DNA of 15,400 nt from an uncultured archaeon (lineage in GTDB: Archaea; Asgardarchaeota; Lokiarchaeia; Sigyniarchaeales; SOKP01). Positions 1 through 8,628 of the stretch are shown here, one piece after another. Numbering within the stretch: position 1 is the stretch's first letter; every line of letters begins with the position of its first letter. Location: the NCBI GenBank assembly GCA_964447495.1, contig CAYUTF010000076.1, forward strand, positions 1 through 15,400, given 5' to 3'. A program made the translations under genes and the position numbers. The notes below the pieces were generated by a model. The model had not been told where the DNA came from and did not search any database. It worked only from the letters and a program-made list of their open reading frames with translations.

Positions 1-605
1 TTAAAGAAAATGCTATTGTAGTACCCGTACCCGATTCTGGTAGAAGTGTTGCTGTCGGCTATGCTAAAGAAGCTAAATTACCATATGTAGAAGGGTTAAT
101 GAAAAATCGTTATATATGGCGTACATTCATCCTTCCTGGTCAAAATTTGCGTAAAGCAGCAGTAAAAGAAAAATTGAATCCTATAAAAAGTTTTATTGAA
201 GGAAAAGATGTGATTCTTTTAGATGACTCAATAGTGCGTGGAACTACTATGAAACAAATTGTTCATTTGCTAAAACAACGAGGTGGTGCAAAACGAATTC
301 ATTTACGGATTAGTTGCCCCCCAATTATAAGTCCTTGCTACATGGGAATAGATTTTCCAACAAAAAAAGAGTTGATTGCAGCACGATTCTATAAAACCTA
401 TGGCGATTCTTATATCGAAGAGATACGAAAACATATTGGAGCAGATTCAATTTTGTATCAAACTAAAGAAGATCTATCAAGGGCAATAACTAAAAACGCA
501 AATCAATTATGTATGGCATGCTTAACAGGAAAATATCCTTTAAAGTCGGTTGAAAAGCTAAGAGAAATTGAGGACTCTATTGCTAAGGGCCGAGTAAATT
601 GTTAA
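1..605 (+). CDS. purF: Amidophosphoribosyltransferase, 3' part (5' end lies outside the window)
   Basis: The frame is open upstream of the called ATG at 99 (from nt 3: [33 protein letters not shown]). It has the PVPDSG motif, flexible loop [12 protein letters not shown]-binding motif [23 protein letters not shown] and the C-terminal Fe-S ligand motif [11 protein letters not shown]. Confidence 0.93.
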   Translation, partial: KENAIVVPVPDSGRSVAVGYAKEAKLPYVEGLMKNRYIWRTFILPGQNLRKAAVKEKLNPIKSFIEGKDVILLDDSIVRGTTMKQIVHLLKQRGGAKRIHLRISCPPIISPCYMGIDFPTKKELIAARFYKTYGDSYIEEIRKHIGADSILYQTKEDLSRAITKNANQLCMACLTGKYPLKSVEKLREIEDSIAKGRVNC

Positions 606-609
606 ACCT

Positions 610-2007
610 TTATTCTACTCCATCCCAACAGTAAGTACATAAACAAGATTTTGGTAATCCTATTGCTTTAACAAGGTTCTCAAGTCTTTGATATTTTAAG
701 CTAGTTAATTTTAATTTCTGGCGAATAATATCTACCATTGCATTATAGTTTTCCGATTCGGGATCGATGAAATCTGCGGGATCATCAATGTTTTTCCCAA
801 TTAATTCTTTTATTGCCCATCTTCCTGCTAAATCTAATTCTGATCGTGATTGTGAGAAATTTAAGAATTTACAACCATAAATTAAGGGAGGACATGCAGG
901 TCGCATATGAACTTCTTTAGCTCCGTAATCAAATAATCTTTGAATGGTTCTTCGAAGTTGCGTCCCTCTTACAATGGAATCTTCACAAAATAATAGGCGT
1001 TTCCCTTCAATATACTCTTTTATTGGTATGAGTTTCATTTTTGCAACTAAATCGCGGGTAGATTGCTCTTGTGGCATAAAACTTCGTGGCCATGTGGGGG
1101 TATACTTCACAAAAGGGCGTAAAAAAGGTAATTTGGACTCATTTGCATAACCTAATGCGTGCCCAGTTCCGGAGTCAGGAATTCCTGCAACTAGATCGAT
1201 ATCTACAGCATCATTTTTAGCTAAGTAAGAGCCACATTTATATCTAACTGTCTCTACATTAATTCCTTCATAGTTTGAAGCGGGATAACCATAATATACC
1301 CATAAAAATGCACATATCTGTAACAGGTCTCCTGGTGGTATAACCTGTTTTAGGCTATTTTCATTAATATAAATAACTTCTCCTGGTCCAAGATACTTTA
1401 ATATTTCATATCCAAGGTTAGGAAAAGCACAAGTTTCCATTGCAACGGCATAAGAATTATCTTTCTTTCCAATAACTAAGGGTGTTCTTCCCAACCTGTC
1501 TCTTGCAGCATATATGCCTTCTTCTGTTAAGATCAACATTGTACAAGAACCATCTATCGATTCTTGCACTGCTTTAATGCCTTTTTCAAAGCTTTCTTCT
1601 TGGGTTATTATTGTTGCTACCATCTCCGTTGGATTTATCATACCTCCATGCATTTCTGAGAAATGGGCACCGTTTTTAAGTACCTCCTTTGCTAACTCCT
1701 CTAAATTATTGATTTTTCCCACTGTTGAGATAGCAAATACCCCTAAATGAGAGCTTATAATTAAAGGTTGGTCATCGTAATCGCTAATGACTCCAATTCC
1801 TTTATTTCCATGCATTTTTCTGATGTCATTCTTGAACTTAGAACGAAATTGTGTTGTCCGAATATCCTTAATGAATCTTTGAAAACCACCCGAATTTTTT
1901 ACAGCCAAACCCCCTCTCACCGTTCCTAAATGAGAATGATAATCGGTCCCATAGAAAAGTTCTTGTAAACAATCCTCACTCGAAAAAACGCCAAAAAGAC
2001 CACCCAT
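610..2007 (-). CDS. purF: Amidophosphoribosyltransferase-like protein (PurF paralog lacking the N-terminal nucleophile Cys)
   Basis: 465 aa with an Ntn-type N-terminal domain (ARDRLGRTPL) and a PRTase domain (GIPDSG, RSFMPQ, FCEDSIVRGT, RPACPP, C-terminal CTYCWDG). It begins MGGLFG instead of MCG. Confidence 0.85.
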   Translation of the reverse strand: MGGLFGVFSSEDCLQELFYGTDYHSHLGTVRGGLAVKNSGGFQRFIKDIRTTQFRSKFKNDIRKMHGNKGIGVISDYDDQPLIISSHLGVFAISTVGKINNLEELAKEVLKNGAHFSEMHGGMINPTEMVATIITQEESFEKGIKAVQESIDGSCTMLILTEEGIYAARDRLGRTPLVIGKKDNSYAVAMETCAFPNLGYEILKYLGPGEVIYINENSLKQVIPPGDLLQICAFLWVYYGYPASNYEGINVETVRYKCGSYLAKNDAVDIDLVAGIPDSGTGHALGYANESKLPFLRPFVKYTPTWPRSFMPQEQSTRDLVAKMKLIPIKEYIEGKRLLFCEDSIVRGTQLRRTIQRLFDYGAKEVHMRPACPPLIYGCKFLNFSQSRSELDLAGRWAIKELIGKNIDDPADFIDPESENYNAMVDIIRQKLKLTSLKYQRLENLVKAIGLPKSCLCTYCWDGVE

Positions 2008-2173
2008 GATATATCCACTATTTAAATTATCAGAACAAAATTTTTAAATTAATTTATTAATCTGATAAGAAAAATATTTTATATTCAAATTAAAAAACGT
2101 TTTTACATAAATGTGATTCAATTTCTAAATGAAAGTGATATTTTTTTAAACAAAAATAATTTAATTTAATTGA

Positions 2174-3469
2174 ATGAATGTATCAGCAATTATTTTTATA
2201 TTAATTTTATTCGCAATTTTAATGGCTTTCTTTTCCCAAGAAAGATACGATTATTTTCCTATAGCTTTAATCATAGGAGCTATTGCTGTAATATCAATGC
2301 TTACCTTTTTTAATGTTGAGGAACAAGAGATACTCGGCTTCATTAATTTTAGCACTTTAATCTTTATTTTTGCTATGCAGATAATTATTTATTATGCAAC
2401 ATCAGACCGTGTATTAGAATATATTTCTATCAAACTGATTCATATTACAAAAGGGAATAATCGGTTACTTTTTTATATGATTTGTGTGTTTACTGCTACA
2501 TTGGTTGCCTTTATTGAGGATATGACTCTTTCAATAATTCTAATGCCCTTAATCTACAGAACTTGTCAAGTCTTAAAGATACCTGCGGGTACGTACATGA
2601 TGGGTATGACAATATCAATTAATATTGGGGCAATACTTACGCCAATCTCAAGTTTAAAAAATTTAATAATCGGTCAGGAATTTGGGTGGGGTTTTGGAGA
2701 ATATTTTGCTAATATGGGTATACTTTACTTAATTACATTAATAACAACTATTTTCTTGATGGATCGCTTCATATTAAAAAAAGAGGAATCTCCAACGGAA
2801 TTTAACAAGAAGCTATTGTTATCATTTCTCGATCCTGGGATCGTAATTGAGAATAAAAAACACTTTATAACAACAGCTATAATCATTCTTGCCACTTTTG
2901 CGTTCATGTTATTAGGTTTTGCCCCTTCTCTTGTTGCAATCATATCTGCTGCGATTCTCCTAATTATTCATATGAAGAGCTCTGATTTCTCAGAAGTTAA
3001 GAAAGATATTTCGTGGAAAATTATAATACTTTTTGCAATATTATTCATTCTCTCGAATTCCTTGACAAAATTTGGATTTTCAGATTTAATTGCAACGATT
3101 TTAGGAAATATAATAAATGATAATATTTTCATTGCGGTGTTGATAACATTAAGCATCTCTTCACTTTTATCAGCATTTCTTGCGGGGACTCCCGTTACAA
3201 TCATCCTTCTTCCGATTTTTTCAGCAATTGTAGCAGAAAGCATTTTTCCTAATCCCATAATCATTGCTTTCATAAGTGGTGTCAATTTAGCAGGGAATTT
3301 CTTGCCGCAAGGTTCTGCCTGCGATATGCTCACTTTAACATTGGCTAAAAAATATAAAGTATCTAATCTAAATTACAATCGATTATTAAAAAATGGGTTT
3401 CTTTTCGCATCCTTACACTTCTTAATTGTATTGGGATACACAATGATTTATGCCTTAATATTAAGCTAA
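2174..3469 (+). CDS. Ion transporter (IT) superfamily permease, ArsB/NhaD/SLC13-like; substrate unknown
   Basis: 431 aa with about 11-12 hydrophobic segments in two halves. Motifs SINIGAILTPISSLKNLII and GVNLAGNFLPQGSACDML resemble the NxGGxxTPxGxPxN hairpins of ArsB/NhaD permeases. Confidence 0.8.
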   Translation: MNVSAIIFILILFAILMAFFSQERYDYFPIALIIGAIAVISMLTFFNVEEQEILGFINFSTLIFIFAMQIIIYYATSDRVLEYISIKLIHITKGNNRLLFYMICVFTATLVAFIEDMTLSIILMPLIYRTCQVLKIPAGTYMMGMTISINIGAILTPISSLKNLIIGQEFGWGFGEYFANMGILYLITLITTIFLMDRFILKKEESPTEFNKKLLLSFLDPGIVIENKKHFITTAIIILATFAFMLLGFAPSLVAIISAAILLIIHMKSSDFSEVKKDISWKIIILFAILFILSNSLTKFGFSDLIATILGNIINDNIFIAVLITLSISSLLSAFLAGTPVTIILLPIFSAIVAESIFPNPIIIAFISGVNLAGNFLPQGSACDMLTLTLAKKYKVSNLNYNRLLKNGFLFASLHFLIVLGYTMIYALILS

Positions 3470-3507
3470 TAGAAAACCCATAGATAAAAAATATGGAAAA
3501 TTTTAAT

Positions 3508-3615
3508 TTATACACCCGGAATTTTTTCATGTTCTAAATATTTCATGGTTATCGCATCATTTGGGCACGTTACCGCACACAAACCGCACCCTACACATCT
3601 ATTTATATCAATTAT
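3508..3615 (-). pseudogene. 4Fe-4S ferredoxin-motif coding segment without an ATG/GTG/TTG start before the motif, in frame after the hypF stop (gene remnant or readthrough extension)
   Basis: Manual translation of the minus strand gives IIDINRCVGCGLCAVTCPNDAITMKYLEHEKIPGV*, with a complete CxxCxxCxxxCP motif. It forms a GC-richer patch in an AT-rich spacer. Confidence 0.7.
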
Positions 3616-6015
3616 TTATTTTTCCTTTTGATATTTATAAATGCCTCCAATTAATTGCCCAATACTGATCCCAGCATCCCCCGGAGGAACAAGATTATGT
3701 TCTAAAAACTGGAATCCCGCATCTTGCACTTCTTTCTTGATTGTGGTTGAGAAAGAATAATTATATGCCACCCCTCCCGTTAGTCCAATATAGGGTATAT
3801 TTTTCGATTTTGCTGCGAATATAGCTTCTTTTGCAAAACCCTTGGCAATCTCAATTTGAAATTTACTTGCAATATCTTCTTTTATTATTTGTTTATCATT
3901 AAGCAAATCTATAATGTCTAAAAATAAGGTCGAGATATTACTTAAAGAACTTCCTTTTAAAGTTAATGGCACATTATCGGGGTTTCCTCTGGATGCTAAT
4001 GCTTCGAGTCGCATCGCAGGCTCTCCTCTATAGGTCTTCACATTGCAGGCACCTAATAAATAAGATACGGTATCAAAAATTCTCCCTGTCGAGGTAGTAA
4101 AAGGAATATTTTTGTGAGGAAATTTTCCGTTGGCTTCTTGCCATTGAGCAATTATTGCGTTCAACTCATCATTGCCATATTCTAAATCTTTTTTAATATT
4201 TAGTTGATTAAAATAAACCCGAGCTTCTTCGATTCCCAGCTTTCGTAGCAATATTGAAGCTAACATTCGAGCAGGATATTTTGTACATCGATCTCCCCCA
4301 ATCATAGGCTGTGGTTCTAATGCACCTACACGTTCATAAACATCATAAGAACACTTTAATATCTCTCCACCCCATATTGTATTTATCTTTTTATTCTCTG
4401 CGTATCCTACACCATCAGTAGCAATAGCAATGATTTCTTTATCCAAATGTATATCATTTTCAGCCATTAAACCCAAAGTGTGAGCAAAATGATGTTGTAT
4501 TGGGTAAATCGGTATATCAAACTTCAAGGATAACTCTTTGGCATACTTAGTAGTGATAAAAACTGGATGAGCATCACACGTAATGAATTTAATCTCTTCA
4601 TCTTTTATTTGCAACAGATTTTTCATGTGAAATAGAGCATTATTGAGAAATTCATACGTCTCTAAATGAGTAACATTTCCAATATGTTGAGTAGGAAATA
4701 TACGATTTTTTCTTAATACCGCTCCAGTAACTGCCAATTCAGGTCCAACAGCTAAGGCTGCCGGTATGGATACTTCAAAGGGTAATGACAAGTATTCTGG
4801 TACATAACCCCGCGATCTTCTAATCAATTTAACCGTTGTGTCATGAACTCTAAGAACACTATCATCGGCTCTTTGAAAAATTGGCCGATTATGAAGTAAA
4901 AATGCATCGGCAATATCTCCTAACTGCCGGAATATATCTTCATTATCTAAGCTCATTGGTATACTTGATTTATTGCCACTTGTGTAGATTAGTGGAATAT
5001 CTCCTACATAATCAAACAAAAGATAATGAATTCCTGAATAAGGGAGCATTACACCTACATTATTTAATCCAGGAGCAACTTGTTCACTAATATTTGAAAA
5101 ATGTGCATCCTTTTTTCTTTCTAATAAGACTATAGGTCGGCGAAAAGATGTTAAAAGTTCGTTTTCCATATCTGAAATAATAAAATCATCTTGAAGAATA
5201 TTAAGATTAGGGACCATTAATGCAAACGGTTTGTTTTTTCGTTTACCTTTCCTTTTTCTGAGTTTCAGTATGATATCATCATTATCTGCTAAACAAACTA
5301 AATGCACACCCCCTATTCCTTTAATCGCAATAATTTCTCCTTTTAATATTCTTTTAGAAGTTTCCTCGAGAATTTTCTCAATTTGATCTGTTATGATTAG
5401 TTCGCTGTTTTGATTGTAAAGCGAATAATTTGGACCACAAACCGAGCAAGCAAATGTTTGCGCATGAAAGCGTCTATTGTTAAAATCAGAATATTCTTCA
5501 ATGCAGGATTGTGGTTCTGCTTCTGAACAAAAGGGAAACTCCTTCATAGTTGTGCGAACGCGATCATATGGTAATTCTTTCACGGTGGTAAATCGAGGGC
5601 CGCATACAGCACAAGCTATGAAAGGATAATTATGATATTTCTTCAAGTTAGTATCTCTCATGTCTCTTAAACAATCATCACAAATTGCGATATCAGGGGG
5701 TAATGTCAAACTTATTCCTCTTCCTTGCTCGCTTTTTCTAATCTCAAGTGTATCATATTCAAGAGAATCCTCTATATCTTTAACAGATATTGATTCTATG
5801 AAGGAAATATTTGGTTTTTTAAATTTGACGTCTTTTATGAATTGTTCAATTTCGGTTGAATTACCCTGCAATAATAATCGTACTCCCGCATTTCCTCTAT
5901 TTAGGATGTATCCATTTAAACCGATAGAACGAGCTAGGTTAAACAAAAATGGTCGAAAGCCCACACCTTGCACTATTCCAATTATGTTAATTTCTACGGT
6001 TCTATTGATCTTCAA
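3616..6015 (-). CDS. hypF: Hydrogenase maturation carbamoyltransferase HypF
   Basis: 799 aa, TTG start. Acylphosphatase-like GIVQGVGFRPF, zinc fingers (CDDC...CAVCGPRF; C...C...CSVCGP), KGIGGVHL, CDAHP, QHHFAH, DGVGY, GDAGISIGQ. Confidence 0.97.
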   Translation of the reverse strand: MKINRTVEINIIGIVQGVGFRPFLFNLARSIGLNGYILNRGNAGVRLLLQGNSTEIEQFIKDVKFKKPNISFIESISVKDIEDSLEYDTLEIRKSEQGRGISLTLPPDIAICDDCLRDMRDTNLKKYHNYPFIACAVCGPRFTTVKELPYDRVRTTMKEFPFCSEAEPQSCIEEYSDFNNRRFHAQTFACSVCGPNYSLYNQNSELIITDQIEKILEETSKRILKGEIIAIKGIGGVHLVCLADNDDIILKLRKRKGKRKNKPFALMVPNLNILQDDFIISDMENELLTSFRRPIVLLERKKDAHFSNISEQVAPGLNNVGVMLPYSGIHYLLFDYVGDIPLIYTSGNKSSIPMSLDNEDIFRQLGDIADAFLLHNRPIFQRADDSVLRVHDTTVKLIRRSRGYVPEYLSLPFEVSIPAALAVGPELAVTGAVLRKNRIFPTQHIGNVTHLETYEFLNNALFHMKNLLQIKDEEIKFITCDAHPVFITTKYAKELSLKFDIPIYPIQHHFAHTLGLMAENDIHLDKEIIAIATDGVGYAENKKINTIWGGEILKCSYDVYERVGALEPQPMIGGDRCTKYPARMLASILLRKLGIEEARVYFNQLNIKKDLEYGNDELNAIIAQWQEANGKFPHKNIPFTTSTGRIFDTVSYLLGACNVKTYRGEPAMRLEALASRGNPDNVPLTLKGSSLSNISTLFLDIIDLLNDKQIIKEDIASKFQIEIAKGFAKEAIFAAKSKNIPYIGLTGGVAYNYSFSTTIKKEVQDAGFQFLEHNLVPPGDAGISIGQLIGGIYKYQKEK

Positions 6016-6039
6016 AAAGCGTTCCTAACTTCAGTAATG

Positions 6040-6050
6040 TTTATATAAAG
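6040..6050 (-). promoter_or_regulatory. Putative archaeal TATA box for hypF
   Basis: The minus strand reads CTTTATATAAA about 25-35 nt upstream of the TTG at 6015, inside a 121-nt hypD-hypF spacer. The AT-rich background lowers specificity. Confidence 0.4.
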
Positions 6051-6136
6051 CTTAATTTACATAATTATTTCTACATAAAAAAGGTATTAATTACTATACA
6101 TAACCTTGTGAAAATTAAATATTAAACTTACTAGTC

Positions 6137-7231
6137 TCACTCTTTATAATACTTATAATAAATACTACATGTTCCTTCCATAGATACCATACAAGGTCCA
6201 ATCGGATTAAGAGGAGTGCATTTTTCTCGAAATAGTTTACATTCATAAGGATACAACTTTCCAACCATGACTAAATGACAAGAACATCCGGGGGGAATAT
6301 CTTGAGATTTGGGAAGTTGTACATCAAATTTCTTATCCGCATCATATTCTTCGTATTTTTTTTTAATTGCTAAACCGCCATCGAGTATTCTACCTATTCC
6401 TCTCCATGGTGAAGATACACTTTCGAATACGTCATTTATTATCCCTTGGGCTTTCTTGTTTCCTTCCGGTTTTACCACTCGAGAATATTCATTCAATGTT
6501 TCGAATTTAGATTCTTTCTTTTGATTTAAGAGCATCAAAATCGCCAGTAAAACATCATTAGGTTCAAATCCCGTAATTACATTTGGGACTTTATAGGCGT
6601 CTGAAAAGATGTAGAAGGGCTGGAGTCCTATAATCGTCGCAACATGACCGGGAGAAATAAACCCATCAATATTCAGTTGGGATTGAGAAATTAATAATTC
6701 TAAAGCAGCAGGGATTAATTTATGAGCACAAATTACTGAAAAATTGGAAGGAGGGCCGTTTTGAATTTCATATCCGATTAAAGGCACAGTAGTTTCGAAA
6801 CCAATGGCAAAAAAAATCACCTCTTTTTGAGGATTTTCTTTTGCTATTTTAACCGCATCATGGGGGCCATACACTATCCGCACATCAGCTCCTTTAGCTT
6901 TTAGCTCTGCGAGAGAAATATTGGTAGCTGGGACGCGTATCATATCCCCAAAAGTAGTAATTATGGTATCTTTGCGTTTACCTAGCTCAACAGCTTTATC
7001 GATATCTGCAGCAGGGCAAACACATACTGGACACCCGGGACCTGAAAGAATTTCGATATTTTTGGGCAATAATGAGCGCAAACCATATTTTGAAATAGTG
7101 TGTTCATGAGTTCCGCACACATGCATGATCCGGCACGATCGATTAAAACTCTTAATGACTTTATTAATGTTTTCTACTATTTTTTTTGTGAAAGCTTCAC
7201 TTCTTAATAATTCAGTTCCAGGGATCTTCAT
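6137..7231 (-). CDS. hypD: Hydrogenase maturation protein HypD
   Basis: Motifs MHVCGTH, GPGCPVC, GFETT, PGHV, GFEP and the C-terminal GPCMVSMEGTC. Confidence 0.98.
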   Translation of the reverse strand: MKIPGTELLRSEAFTKKIVENINKVIKSFNRSCRIMHVCGTHEHTISKYGLRSLLPKNIEILSGPGCPVCVCPAADIDKAVELGKRKDTIITTFGDMIRVPATNISLAELKAKGADVRIVYGPHDAVKIAKENPQKEVIFFAIGFETTVPLIGYEIQNGPPSNFSVICAHKLIPAALELLISQSQLNIDGFISPGHVATIIGLQPFYIFSDAYKVPNVITGFEPNDVLLAILMLLNQKKESKFETLNEYSRVVKPEGNKKAQGIINDVFESVSSPWRGIGRILDGGLAIKKKYEEYDADKKFDVQLPKSQDIPPGCSCHLVMVGKLYPYECKLFREKCTPLNPIGPCMVSMEGTCSIYYKYYKE

Positions 7232-7246
7232 TGTATTCTCTCCTAA

Positions 7247-8299
7247 TTAACAAATTCGAGGAATTGGCTCCCCTAAGGGCATATCAATGAATCGAGTACC
7301 GCCTACTAAAGTTTTTAATAGCACTTTTTTAGGATTTTCTGAATCTACTTCTCCAATTATTTCTGCATCCTCTCCTATTTTAGTTGATTTGATTTTGTTC
7401 AGTATTTCTTCTGCCTTATCTGGAGATACAGATAAAAGAGCTTTTCCTTCACATGCCATAGTGTAGGTGTCTAAACCTAGCATGTCACAGATAGCATTAA
7501 CTTGTTTTTTTATAGGAACTTTTTGTTCCTCAATTATGATGCTTACATTTGATTTATTCGCCCAATCATTCAATGCACCAGCTATTCCACCTCGCGTTGG
7601 ATCTTTCATGGCGTGAATATGGTTATTTTGAATGTGCTCTTTAAGTATATTGTATATCTCCAATAATGATCCAACATCTGATTTCAGATCCGATGAAATA
7701 TTTAACCCCTCTCGACTTCCAATTAGAGCGGCTCCATGATCACCAATACTTCCGGTAACAATGATTTTATCTCCTTTTTGGAGATTATTATCTAAAACTC
7801 TGATATGTTTATCTTTCAACCCAATACCGGTTGTAGCCATTATGATCTTATCGAGACTCCCCCGTGGCATAACCTTTGTATCACCTGCTATGATGGCGAT
7901 ATTTGCTTCTCTAGCCGTATAATTAAATGAATTGACGATTTTTTCTAAGGAGTCAAAAGGGAACCCCTCTTCAATTATAATAACGGAAGTGATTGCAAGA
8001 GGTTCAGCACCCATCATAATTAAATCATTCACAGTTCCACAAATGCTAAGAATACCCAAATTTCCGCCTGGAAAAAAAAGAGGGTGGACTGTATGCCCAT
8101 CTGCTGTTACTACAATTTCCTGGTCATAATCTTCTAACGGAATTGTGGCTCCATCGTCCAGCTCTTCGACCCCTATTCCCTTATTAACATTCTTATATGT
8201 AATGTTTTGTGTAATAAAATTAATTAATTCTCCTTGTAATACTCCACCAGCTCCATGCGCTAAACGAATGACACTTGAGCTAACTTTTTTCATACTCAT
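7247..8299 (-). CDS. hypE: Hydrogenase maturation carbamoyl dehydratase HypE
   Basis: LAHGAGG, GTVNDL, GDTKV, MKDPTRGG and the diagnostic C-terminal PRIC. The start could be 8299 or 8293. Confidence 0.98.
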   Translation of the reverse strand: MSMKKVSSSVIRLAHGAGGVLQGELINFITQNITYKNVNKGIGVEELDDGATIPLEDYDQEIVVTADGHTVHPLFFPGGNLGILSICGTVNDLIMMGAEPLAITSVIIIEEGFPFDSLEKIVNSFNYTAREANIAIIAGDTKVMPRGSLDKIIMATTGIGLKDKHIRVLDNNLQKGDKIIVTGSIGDHGAALIGSREGLNISSDLKSDVGSLLEIYNILKEHIQNNHIHAMKDPTRGGIAGALNDWANKSNVSIIIEEQKVPIKKQVNAICDMLGLDTYTMACEGKALLSVSPDKAEEILNKIKSTKIGEDAEIIGEVDSENPKKVLLKTLVGGTRFIDMPLGEPIPRIC

Positions 8300-8628
8300 A
8301 CTTGAAAATAAGAAGCAAAAATTATAAGAATTTAGTTTCTAGAATGTAATGTGATTTCTTTTTCTAAAGCGAGATTGAAATTAAAATCAACTTAGATTAT
8401 ATGAATATCTATTCAAAAAAATCTCTTATCTAATCTTCTTAAATTAGCTTTTAAGGGATTATGAATAATGATTCACTACAAATAAGTAAAATCTGTCTCT
8501 TAAATAAACAAAAGCAGAAGCTTTTTTATAAAATTATGATTAAATATAAACAACTAATTTTTAAAAATAAATTAGCTAATTTAGGAAATTAAAAATTAAA
8601 ATAAAAAAAATTAAATGAGAGATACAAA
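8300..8628. promoter_or_regulatory. Divergent promoter region between hypEDF and the vhuGAU-hdrCB operon
   Basis: 329-nt very AT-rich spacer between divergent starts. TTATAA lies about 25 nt upstream of hypE (8322-8327, minus strand). Several TATA-like boxes occur on the plus strand, e.g. palindromic TTTTATAAAA at 8524-8533. Exact elements cannot be resolved. Confidence 0.5.

Noticed and set aside
3572-3589. Short direct repeat ACCGCAC twice in the permease-hypF spacer, considered as a repeat or regulatory element
   Set aside because: Explained by repeated GTGCGGT text within the Cys-rich codons of the hidden ferredoxin motif on the minus strand.
5503-5529. Widened Cys spacing in the second HypF zinc finger (CSEAEPQSC), considered as a second intron
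   Set aside because: It is in frame, has no stop and shows no BHB-like fold. A protein loop insertion is more likely.
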